From the sequence record SRR22947725_1144: DNA of 64,000 nt; one strand, given 5' to 3'. A program made the translations under genes and the position numbers. Below the pieces are notes generated by a model, which searched no databases, was not told the origin of the DNA, and worked only from the letters and a program-made list of their open reading frames with translations. Below, piece after piece: positions 27,834-36,891 of the stretch; the stretch's first letter is position 1, and each line of letters starts with the position of its first letter.

Positions 27834-29075
27834 TTAGTTTACCAGTTTAATAAAATCCTTTCCCGATGGCTCCTGAAACGCCTGCAGGTCAAATTCTGGT
27901 AAAACAGCAAGGAAGTGGTCAAACAAGTCGGATTGAATATCTTCGTAGGGAACCCAGCGCTTTTCCTTGGAAAAAATGTAGATTTGTATGGGGAGGCCAT
28001 GTGGCGTGGGTTCCAGTTGTCGCACAAGCAGGGTCAGGTTTTGATTAACCTGGGGGTGATTTCGCAGATAGGCTCCGATGTAGGCTCGGAAGGTGCCGAT
28101 ATTCGTCATTCTGCGCCCATTGGCAAGGCTTGAGTTGTCAACTCTCCGTTCTTTGTTATGTTTTGAGACCTCTTGTTTTGTTTGATCGATATATTCTTTT
28201 ATGAATTGAATTTTTGAAAAGCGCTCTAGCATTTCTTCATCGCAAAAGCGTATCGTGCTGATATCCAAATAAAGAGACCGTTTGATGCGTCGACCATCGG
28301 ATTCAGTCATTCCACGCCAATTTTTGAAGGCATCACTGATCAAGGCGTAAGTCGGAATAGTAGTGATCGTGTTATCCCAGTTTTGAACTTTGACTGTTGT
28401 CAGTGTGATTTCTAATACGTCACCGTCTGCGCCATATTTAGGCATTTCCAACCAGTCCCCGATAGCGAGCATTCGATTGGTTGTTAACTGAATACCAGCG
28501 GTTAAACCAAGAATAGCATCTTTGAAAACGAGCATTAATACTGCAGTCAAAGCCCCGAGACTCCCAAACAATACGGCAGGATTTTTGTCCATGATAGTCG
28601 CCACGATGTAGAGCCCGCCTATGAAAAAAACGATTAGTTTGAAAACTTGCAGGAAGCTCTTAATGGGCACCTGTTTAGACCACTTGAATCCTCGGTAGAT
28701 ATCCTGAAGTGCTCCCAATAGGGAATCCACCACCATTAAAACGATGACAGTGATGTATATTTTGATTCCTGACTCGATGATCTTGCCCCCATCAGACTGC
28801 ACGCCCCAGATCACGGGAAGGAACCTGGATAATACAATAATAGGCGCAAGGTGCGAGAGCTTGTGGAGTACTTTGCGCTGAGCCAGTTTGTCATCCCACT
28901 TGATTTTGGATTTTCGAATGAACAGGTGAAGGACACGAACAATGAGGTTCTTGGCAAGATAATTAACAAAAACAGAAATGCAGATTACCCCCAAGGTAGC
29001 CACCCATTTGACGAGGGCGGGCGCCCATTCCCCAGGCACACCACTTTCCATGAATAAATCAATCAACCATTGCAT
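27834..29075 (-). CDS. MscS-family mechanosensitive channel (YbdG-like)
   Basis: Motifs LGALTAVLMLVFKD.ILG, GDWLEMPKYGADGDV, FKNWRGM.ES.GRRIKRS and TNIGTFRAY. Confidence 0.93.
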   Translation of the reverse strand: MQWLIDLFMESGVPGEWAPALVKWVATLGVICISVFVNYLAKNLIVRVLHLFIRKSKIKWDDKLAQRKVLHKLSHLAPIIVLSRFLPVIWGVQSDGGKIIESGIKIYITVIVLMVVDSLLGALQDIYRGFKWSKQVPIKSFLQVFKLIVFFIGGLYIVATIMDKNPAVLFGSLGALTAVLMLVFKDAILGLTAGIQLTTNRMLAIGDWLEMPKYGADGDVLEITLTTVKVQNWDNTITTIPTYALISDAFKNWRGMTESDGRRIKRSLYLDISTIRFCDEEMLERFSKIQFIKEYIDQTKQEVSKHNKERRVDNSSLANGRRMTNIGTFRAYIGAYLRNHPQVNQNLTLLVRQLEPTPHGLPIQIYIFSKEKRWVPYEDIQSDLFDHFLAVLPEFDLQAFQEPSGKDFIKLVN

Positions 29076-29091
29076 GCCCCGGATAATAGCA
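29076..29091 (-). promoter_or_regulatory. Extended -10 promoter giving a leaderless mscS-family mRNA
   Basis: Minus strand TG-C-TATTAT-CCGGGGC-ATG. Confidence 0.55.
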
Positions 29092-29114
29092 ATTAAGAAC
29101 CATAAGAAAACATA

Positions 29115-30554
29115 TTACCTTAATTTAAAAGAGGCGGAAGCATGATTCAGAGTCAAGAAACGCCCTAACTGACGCTGCACCACAAGATCGATTCGGACCA
29201 TATCACCCGATTTCAAGACATGCAGCTGCTTTGCAAGTGTTACGAGATCGTTGGCGCTGCGCTGGTTTACTTTCAAGATGATGAAACCTGTTCTGATGCC
29301 GGCCTTTTCTGCCGGGCTTCCCTCTTCAACATCAGCTACGATCATTCCCTCACTTGATTCCAGATTTAAATGACGAGCCAACTGAGGTGTGATCCCCTGC
29401 AAGGTCAAGCCCGTTCGCTCAGCAATCAACTGAGCATTGAAAAAGTCCGATTCCGGTTGAAGCTGAACTTGCAGACGAATCAGATCACCGTTTCGCTCCA
29501 CATCCAGCTCCACGGGAGCCTCACCTTCTGATTCTGTAAGTCGCTCGTAAAAGTCAATGATGTGATCCGCCTGAGCCCCGTTCAAACGAAGGACCGTGTC
29601 TCCCTGAAGAAGACCAGCTGATGCAGCAGGACTGGACTCGGCAACTTGCCCTATTACGAGCGGAACCTTGCCACCCTCAACTTTGGCCCCAAACCACAAA
29701 TCATGAAGCACTTCTGGGGTCATGATCGCAGTAATGGCATCGTTGACCCGCTTGATCGGTATTGCAAAGCCAATTCCTTGTCCCTCTTTGAAAACCGCCA
29801 CATTCAGGCCGATCATCTGACCAACAAGATTGATCAAAGGACCTCCACTATTTCCTGGATTGATTGCAGCATCGGTCTGCAGCCAGTCTTCAATATCGAG
29901 AGGCTTATCCTCCATGGGAGGGCGACGGTTTTTGGAACTGAGTATCCCGCGACTGACTGAACTTCCGAGCCCAAAAGGGTTTCCTAGAGCAAGAACAGTC
30001 TCGCCCAGCATCAGATCGTCTTCCGAAGCAAAATCAATGGACTGAAACGGGGGCAGAGGCTTTTCATCCTGAATTCTGAGCAGGGCGATGTCAGTGGATC
30101 GCATGCCAGCAACAGGATCGGCATCATAGCGGGTTCCGTCATGTAGAATGACTTCGACCCTGCTGGCTCTGTTGATGACATGTGCGTTCGTCAAAATATA
30201 GCCAGACTTGTGAATAATAACGCCAGACCCCAGGCTGTAGGTTGATTCAGCAGGCCGCCCCCGATAGTAAGGACCGAAATATTCCCAGAGCAGATCGTAG
30301 TAAAAATCTCTTCTCTCAAGAAGGATCTCAGTGCGGATGTTAACCACACTCGGCATGACTTTCTCGACTGCCTTGACCGTAGCGTCTCTTCGAATTTTCT
30401 CATCAGCCAGACCTGGGTATATCTCTGATCCAGTCAGGAAAAGAAGCACCGTGATGATACAACGATGAGTTCTCGAAGCAAAAAAAACGACTGATTTTCT
30501 GCAGGACTGATATGGATCCAGCAAACCTGATCCGCTGATTCTTACAATACTCAT
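29115..30554 (-). CDS. HtrA/DegP-family serine protease with two PDZ domains
   Basis: Motifs GSGVI, TNAHV (His), TDIAL (Asp), QTDAAINPGNSGGPL (Ser), and two SPA..AG PDZ motifs. The start codon is uncertain. Confidence 0.93.
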   Translation of the reverse strand: MSIVRISGSGLLDPYQSCRKSVVFFASRTHRCIITVLLFLTGSEIYPGLADEKIRRDATVKAVEKVMPSVVNIRTEILLERRDFYYDLLWEYFGPYYRGRPAESTYSLGSGVIIHKSGYILTNAHVINRASRVEVILHDGTRYDADPVAGMRSTDIALLRIQDEKPLPPFQSIDFASEDDLMLGETVLALGNPFGLGSSVSRGILSSKNRRPPMEDKPLDIEDWLQTDAAINPGNSGGPLINLVGQMIGLNVAVFKEGQGIGFAIPIKRVNDAITAIMTPEVLHDLWFGAKVEGGKVPLVIGQVAESSPAASAGLLQGDTVLRLNGAQADHIIDFYERLTESEGEAPVELDVERNGDLIRLQVQLQPESDFFNAQLIAERTGLTLQGITPQLARHLNLESSEGMIVADVEEGSPAEKAGIRTGFIILKVNQRSANDLVTLAKQLHVLKSGDMVRIDLVVQRQLGRFLTLNHASASFKLR

Positions 30555-30682
30555 TTTGCGACTTATCTACTGAATTTGCGACGCCTTAACGCATTCTTTA
30601 TCAACTATTAATAAATATTTAAGTTTTTATTTTTATAGCTTGACATATTATTAATAATTGCCCATTTCAGAACGGTAATATC

Positions 30683-32143
30683 ATGACTTCTTCGAGAAAA
30701 TTTTACCAGCAGTGGCGCTCCTGCGCAATGGCTTCCATGCAGCTGAAAGAATCAGCCACTAGTTCATTTTCAGAAAGAATATTGCACATGATTTGGATGC
30801 ATCAACGATTCAGGAATGAAAAATGCACGACAACTGACGGTCATCCCCTGGCGATTCTGCACCCCGGTTTCTGGAACTATGGTCCGGGTCCAGATTTCAG
30901 ATCTGCGGTCATTTCGGTAAACGGCAAGAAAATGAACAAAGCTGATATTGAAATTGATGTCAAAGCTTCCTATTGGCGCAGCCATCGACATGATTTGAAT
31001 CCCTCTTTCAACAAAGTTTGTTTACACGTCATTTGGGAAGGTCCCGTTCCCCCAAACCATCCACTCCCTGTTCTGGAGTTATCGAAGTATGTCAGAGAAA
31101 GCGAAATCGATCTCAAAAAGTGGGCGAACCAGAGTCTGCCTGAAATATGGCCTGAGCTCATCCAGGGAAAGTGCAGTGCTCCGCTGGCGAGACTGGACGA
31201 AGAATCATTGCAAATCTTGACGTGCCAAGCCTCTCTCATACGTCTCAGGATCAGGACAAGAGAAATTGAAGAGGAAGCAAAGCGAGTAGGGTTTGAAGAT
31301 GCCTTATGGTTGCCTTTGGTTGCTGGACTGGGTTACCGAAACAATCAATGGCCGCTGCTTCAGATTGGTAGAATGAAGAAAATACTTATCGAGGGTTTAA
31401 GTCGGCTTGATTATGAAAATGCGTTGATGACTCTGCAGGCAAGACTGTTGGGGGTTTCCAGTTTATTACCTGAAAAGATTCCAGCGAGCCAGAAACCCAA
31501 CCAGAAGTATCTGAAAAAAATCTGGACCATCTGGTGGCGGGAAAGAGATAAATTTGAACCAAACATACTACCGGTCAGCATTTGGAACATGCAGGCAATT
31601 CGCCCCGCTAACCACCCTGCTCGTCGCCTGGCTACGGTTGCACACTGGATGCTGGACAAGCGATTTTTCAAGAGGCTGGAAGATTGGTTCAACAAACCCA
31701 AGCAAGCCCGAACAGCCATGCAAGAAATGATGGAACTTCTTGGAAGCTACCCGGATGAGTTCTGGTCATGTCATTGGAGCTTGAAGGGGGACGCCATGAG
31801 GAGGCCCACACTTTTAATGGGAGGACAGCGTGCAAGTGACTTGGTCATTAACACCATCTTACCCTGGTTTCTGGCGCGGATCATTCAGTCTGGCCAAGAA
31901 GATTTGAAGAAACGCGTTGAACGTCTGTATTTGACTTGGCCTCGTCTAGCCGACAATCAATCTCTCAAATTAATACGGCGAAGGCTGTTGAAAGGGCAGC
32001 GGTGTGACTGGATTAAATCGGCCGCGCATCAGCAAGGTCTTTTGCAGATTATGAAGGATTTTTGTCATCACTCCAATGCTGTGTGCGAGCAATGTTTATT
32101 TCCCGAGGTCGCGCGCTCATTGAAAAACAATCCACCATCTTGA
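30683..32143 (+). CDS. DUF2851 family protein
   Basis: Motifs E..L..IW, G..N..GPDF, EI....S.W..H.H, LHVIW and RPANHP.RRLA; C-terminal C-x6-C-x2-C. Confidence 0.8.
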   Translation: MTSSRKFYQQWRSCAMASMQLKESATSSFSERILHMIWMHQRFRNEKCTTTDGHPLAILHPGFWNYGPGPDFRSAVISVNGKKMNKADIEIDVKASYWRSHRHDLNPSFNKVCLHVIWEGPVPPNHPLPVLELSKYVRESEIDLKKWANQSLPEIWPELIQGKCSAPLARLDEESLQILTCQASLIRLRIRTREIEEEAKRVGFEDALWLPLVAGLGYRNNQWPLLQIGRMKKILIEGLSRLDYENALMTLQARLLGVSSLLPEKIPASQKPNQKYLKKIWTIWWRERDKFEPNILPVSIWNMQAIRPANHPARRLATVAHWMLDKRFFKRLEDWFNKPKQARTAMQEMMELLGSYPDEFWSCHWSLKGDAMRRPTLLMGGQRASDLVINTILPWFLARIIQSGQEDLKKRVERLYLTWPRLADNQSLKLIRRRLLKGQRCDWIKSAAHQQGLLQIMKDFCHHSNAVCEQCLFPEVARSLKNNPPS

Positions 32144-32181
32144 GCTACCGTCAATCTGGAAAAATATGTTCCTAAAAGATC

Positions 32182-34098
32182 CTATTGAATATCCGAATAA
32201 TAAGGATTTCCGGTAACGGGATCCAGAAGGGGCGGAAGGCCAAGGTGCTTTTTGAGAATGATCAAGTGCTTCTGAGCCAAAAAATTCCCATACCATCTGA
32301 GATTCCAGGATTGCTCGAAGTAATCATGAGCCGATTTAAAATCTCCCCGCTCAAGTTCATGCAACCCCATGTAGGCAACCACAAAGATATTGTTGGGATC
32401 CAATAACAGTGCTTTTTCAAAATAAGGGGTAGCTTCTTCAATGCGCCCCAGGGAATCCAGGCACCTGCCAATCATGGCGTATGGATAGGAGTAATCTGAC
32501 CAAGTCTCCAGACTCTTTTCAAACCACTGAATGGCAACTTCCAACTCCTCCTCATAGCCAGGCTCAAACTGCCTTCCCATTTGCATCAGTATCTCACCGA
32601 CCTGATAGGGCGTTTCGAAATTGGACGGCTTAACTTGAGCAGCTTGAACAAGAGCGTTCATCCTGATTGAGGAAAAAGGTTCGGCTTCATTGGCCTTTCT
32701 CAGCAATCCAGCTTCCTGGAAACGAGCAGACAAGGGAGCACTCATGAAAAAGGCAATCAACAGGATCAGGGCAGATGCAAACACACGATTGAAAAGATTC
32801 GATTTCCACCAGTGCCTTTCAGTGGTAAACCGAAGCTGGCTGACCAGTATTCCAGCCAATGCGACAGCCAACAACCCATTGGCAGGTATATACAGATTAA
32901 AATCAAATAGAGAGTGTACACTGATTGCCAGCAATGAGATGGAACAACCAAGCACACAAGCGGCGCGATTACTGTGTCGATTCTTACCAAAGTCTCGCGC
33001 CTCTCGTAACACATACTTACGGGTTTTCCATGCCCCAGCGGCGAGCAGGGCAAGCCCTGAGCCAATGAGTCCAAACCCGATGACTCCATACTCTGCCAGT
33101 AATTGAAGAAAATCGTTGTGAACCCAACCAGGCCGCTCCTGAACTTCGGAATGCCGATAATACTGGAAAGCATGGTCAAATTGCCCAGGGCCTACTCCAA
33201 CCCACCGATGATCTTTCCACATATCAACGGTGGATTCCCAAATCAAGGAACGGACACTCACGGGCGCGCTGGAATCTCTTGCCAATGTCTGATTCAATCG
33301 TTCCTTGAGTCCTTCAGACCGATCAAAGACAAGAAAACCTCCGATCAACAAACAAAGTAAAGCCACCCCAGCCTGAATCCTGTATTTGCGATACCCAAGC
33401 AGCATCACCAGGAAAGCCATGATTGAAATCCCAGTCGCCAGCCAGCCACCACGTGACATGGTAACACCAATGCCAGCGATGATCACAAGACAGGCGTATC
33501 CAAGGAACACCTTGAATGTTGTATTGAGCCTCCCGGCAAATAAGTAAGCCAATCCCAGGGGAAGCACCATTTCCAGAAATCCCGCAAGGTGATTTGGGCA
33601 AATGTAAGTGCCGCCACCTCTCCCCATGTATTGAGTGGGTTTGGTGATGTACAGGACTTTGTCGGAGTAAGTGAAGTATTGAAATAAGGCGTATGAGGCA
33701 AGGATCATTCCGAGAAAAACAAGAATCAAAGAAAGGAATTGAGTCGTTTCTTGCCCATGCAGAAAGTTAACAGCGAGCATGAAAACAGCAGCATACAGAA
33801 ATACACGCATGATTTCGTATTCTGCAGAATACGAAACCGGGGCAAAACGAAACTCCCAGAGTGAGTAGGCAAGAAACCCCAAAATGATCCAACAAATTGG
33901 AGGCCAGAGGAGTCGATACCGTTTACCGCTTAATATCAAGATCAACCAGAGGCCAAGCGCAGTGGAAACCAAACTAATCAGCAATAAGAAACCAGAGGCA
34001 TAGGCACCACCAAAGATCAAAGGGCCCAGACAGAGAATGAGCCCCAGTAAAGCAATGATGCTCCATTCAAGAGGGCCGTCTTTCCTTTGCCTTGGCAT
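32182..34098 (-). CDS. O-antigen ligase family protein with C-terminal TPR repeats
   Basis: Multiple TM helices with PNHLAG, SRGG, R..IW, G.GPG.F and HND.LQ.LAE.G; TPR-like tail. True start MPRQR at 34098 (the ORF-track start of 34293 overlaps the next gene). Confidence 0.88.
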   Translation of the reverse strand: MPRQRKDGPLEWSIIALLGLILCLGPLIFGGAYASGFLLLISLVSTALGLWLILILSGKRYRLLWPPICWIILGFLAYSLWEFRFAPVSYSAEYEIMRVFLYAAVFMLAVNFLHGQETTQFLSLILVFLGMILASYALFQYFTYSDKVLYITKPTQYMGRGGGTYICPNHLAGFLEMVLPLGLAYLFAGRLNTTFKVFLGYACLVIIAGIGVTMSRGGWLATGISIMAFLVMLLGYRKYRIQAGVALLCLLIGGFLVFDRSEGLKERLNQTLARDSSAPVSVRSLIWESTVDMWKDHRWVGVGPGQFDHAFQYYRHSEVQERPGWVHNDFLQLLAEYGVIGFGLIGSGLALLAAGAWKTRKYVLREARDFGKNRHSNRAACVLGCSISLLAISVHSLFDFNLYIPANGLLAVALAGILVSQLRFTTERHWWKSNLFNRVFASALILLIAFFMSAPLSARFQEAGLLRKANEAEPFSSIRMNALVQAAQVKPSNFETPYQVGEILMQMGRQFEPGYEEELEVAIQWFEKSLETWSDYSYPYAMIGRCLDSLGRIEEATPYFEKALLLDPNNIFVVAYMGLHELERGDFKSAHDYFEQSWNLRWYGNFLAQKHLIILKKHLGLPPLLDPVTGNPYYSDIQ

Positions 34099-34103
34099 GG
34101 GAA

Positions 34104-34859
34104 CTATTTCCAAGCGTGCACGACAATACGGTCGAATCGAAGTCCACTCCAGAACTGGTGGCCTCGTTTCCACTTGTAATAAGCAGCTTTGGCAATGCGC
34201 CAAGGTAGGGAACGCACTCCAGAAACGACTTCCACCCGCTTGAAACCTACAGTCTTGAGCATGCCAACGACGGCAGCTGTATTGGGACCGCACCAGTTTG
34301 TCGGATCAGACCCCACTTCGTCTGTGGGATAAAATGCAATGGCCGGGCGTCGATGCCACAACATGTCAACTGCCGTCTCAAGGATGACCATTTCTTTGGT
34401 CACACTCGCAACCTTTTCGAGAGACAACAAGGGGTGCCGCATGTGATAAAGCACTCCCAAAAAGAAGACGACATCATGCATCTCAACCGTTTCAGGTGAG
34501 ATATCCAAAATGTCAACCACCTGCTCGTCCACTTTAGAATTCAGGACGCGCTTGGCCAAATCAAATCCTTGTTTACCCGCCCAATCAACACTCCCTTGCC
34601 ATATGAAACTATCCGTGGCTAAGACTTTCTCAGCTCCTCGACGCTCAGCTTCAAATGCAAAAAAACCATCCCAGGACCCAATATCAAGCACCGTTTTCCC
34701 CTTGAAGGACTCAGGAAAATTCAGTCGCTTCATTTTCTTGGCGCTGTTGTCCTGCCCTGGCGTCACGATACCATTCCCGAGATCGATGGAGTGATGCCAT
34801 TTTAAAGCCTCGACTTCTTTGCGAATTTGATCAACCGATGGATTGGAAGCGTTACTCAT
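34104..34859 (-). CDS. Class I SAM-dependent methyltransferase (DUF1698/CmoB-like fold)
   Basis: Motifs W.HSIDLG.G..TPG, VLDIGSWDGFF.FEAERRGA and FLGVLYH.RHP. Confidence 0.88.
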   Translation of the reverse strand: MSNASNPSVDQIRKEVEALKWHHSIDLGNGIVTPGQDNSAKKMKRLNFPESFKGKTVLDIGSWDGFFAFEAERRGAEKVLATDSFIWQGSVDWAGKQGFDLAKRVLNSKVDEQVVDILDISPETVEMHDVVFFLGVLYHMRHPLLSLEKVASVTKEMVILETAVDMLWHRRPAIAFYPTDEVGSDPTNWCGPNTAAVVGMLKTVGFKRVEVVSGVRSLPWRIAKAAYYKWKRGHQFWSGLRFDRIVVHAWK

Positions 34860-34886
34860 AAGGATGTGTCAGGTATTTTGTAGGTA

Positions 34887-36473
34887 TCAGGAAATCACAG
34901 GAATTGGATTAATTTTTCTCGATGCTACTGGGATTTGGTCTGCATCCTCTTCCCCCTCTTCAGATGTTTTTTCAATGGCATGACGTGCCAATAGATTGCG
35001 CCTGCATGCCAGCATCATCCCTATCTGCAATGAGAAGGTTTTCATCGCGTATTCGGCATCCCCATGGAAGATAAAGAACGCGATGATGTTTGCCATCCAT
35101 GTACTGGCCACAATGCATGTCACGCGGGAAAAATTGTCATGAACGCCATATATCCTCAGATACTTGATCAATCGCCAGGCAACGAGGGACCCCGAGCCAA
35201 GAAACAAGGTCATGAAAATCGTTCCGAACAAGCCCGTATTGACCATTAATCCAATAAATCCGTTATAGAAACGTCCTTGATTCACGTGGATTGTGACCTG
35301 TGTTGGATCCCATAGGTGGGAAAAATCCTGATTGGGCATACCAAAGCCACGCCCCATCCAGACATATTCCGGAATCAATCTCGTGCCCGCGTCTCTTAAC
35401 AGCCGGCGCGTTTCGAGAGTACCCGAACTATCCGAGCGGGCCATGCTGTTGATCTTCACTCCTGGAATGTAGGACAAGGCTCGCTGGGCCGAGAGAGGCA
35501 TGCGCTGTATATTTGCAATCACGATCACAAGCCCAAGCAACATGGCTGCCCCCACCAGGGCAATATCGGTTAACCGATAAAACTTCTGCGTGAAGGCAAT
35601 GAAGAAGAAGGCCACGATCAGGATCAGGGATAGATATCTGTGGCCACTCAAAAGGCCCATGGAAAAAAACATGATGGTCAAGGGCACCAGGTAAAATCCC
35701 TTGCGCGAGAAGAAATCACGGAAATTATGGAAAACGAGAATCAGGAAAATCAAACCCTGACTAACGATGTTGAGGGATTGATAACGTCGAATCCCGCCCA
35801 TTTGCGCCATGCGCTCAAAATTGGCCGCGTCACCGGGTAATTCAAAGAAATTCAAAATAAACCAAAGACCAGCCGCTTTTCCCGAGGCGAATACGAAGTC
35901 AGACACAAAAAATGTCGACGTAAGCAAACATTGTATGATGAAAAGCTTCAGAAGAGTCTTTTCGTTTATTTTCAACAGGATGAACAGGACAGGAAAAATG
36001 GCGCATGAAAACTGCTGAAAGTAAAACCGCCCCCCCATTTGATCACTTCCAATGATACGCAGCCCGACTCCACGATAAAACATGGTTATCATCAAAACAA
36101 CGCAGTAACCAATGATCCCAAGAAACAACCACCTGTGTCTGCGTAAAACCTCTCCGGCGTCAGGAGAGAATTTACGCAAAGATATCAGGATGATCAGTCC
36201 ACTCCAACCCAACAGTGCCGCAAACTCCCACAGGTAAGGTCGCCCAGGGAAGTAAGGAAGAATCAAAGCGGAAGTGTAGGTGGTCAGTGAAAGCCATGCA
36301 GACAGGTTCGCATGATAGGGCAGCAGGAAAAGCCATGCAATGGCGATGATACCAAAGGCCAATGTGAATATATTGGAAGCTAGATAAAAGCCAATCATCA
36401 AGGCACAAATGCCAATGACACCAAACCAAAAAATTTGCTGGAATTTGATTCTACTTTCTAAACTGCTGGCCAC
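34887..36473 (-). CDS. O-antigen ligase/Wzy polymerase-like polytopic membrane protein
   Basis: More than 10 TM segments, SGHR, a periplasmic loop with QRALS, and G.GFG and (H/Y)NG...L....G.FG motifs; GTG start. Confidence 0.72.
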   Translation of the reverse strand: MASSLESRIKFQQIFWFGVIGICALMIGFYLASNIFTLAFGIIAIAWLFLLPYHANLSAWLSLTTYTSALILPYFPGRPYLWEFAALLGWSGLIILISLRKFSPDAGEVLRRHRWLFLGIIGYCVVLMITMFYRGVGLRIIGSDQMGGRFYFQQFSCAIFPVLFILLKINEKTLLKLFIIQCLLTSTFFVSDFVFASGKAAGLWFILNFFELPGDAANFERMAQMGGIRRYQSLNIVSQGLIFLILVFHNFRDFFSRKGFYLVPLTIMFFSMGLLSGHRYLSLILIVAFFFIAFTQKFYRLTDIALVGAAMLLGLVIVIANIQRMPLSAQRALSYIPGVKINSMARSDSSGTLETRRLLRDAGTRLIPEYVWMGRGFGMPNQDFSHLWDPTQVTIHVNQGRFYNGFIGLMVNTGLFGTIFMTLFLGSGSLVAWRLIKYLRIYGVHDNFSRVTCIVASTWMANIIAFFIFHGDAEYAMKTFSLQIGMMLACRRNLLARHAIEKTSEEGEEDADQIPVASRKINPIPVIS

Positions 36474-36891
36474 CGCTCTTTACTTAGAGACTAAAGTCAT
36501 CAATGCAATCTTTTTCTTGGAAAAGCATGAGGCACAGGTTCGTTGGAGATCCAGCGCGCTGCCATTGGCACGCAGCCCAAACGCACCTTTGGGAAGAAAT
36601 TCCTGCCAGCGTTTGCAACAAAAATCAAAATCCGTTCATATTGGATCAAACGAGTGCAGTCACGTGTTCATTTGCCTTTGCAAAAGACTACAGGAGAACC
36701 CTCAATTGACACACATTTGAATATGGGATGTGGATGTTTTCCTTGGGTATTCTTTGGTCAATTAGGCACCATTTTGTTGTGCTTTTAAATCCCTGCACCT
36801 CGCCATGGACGAAAGCTTTCTCAAGCGTTTGATTGCTGTCGCCAACAATTGAGGTGCAAAGGGGGCATTTACTCATTAATCTTGAGCCACA

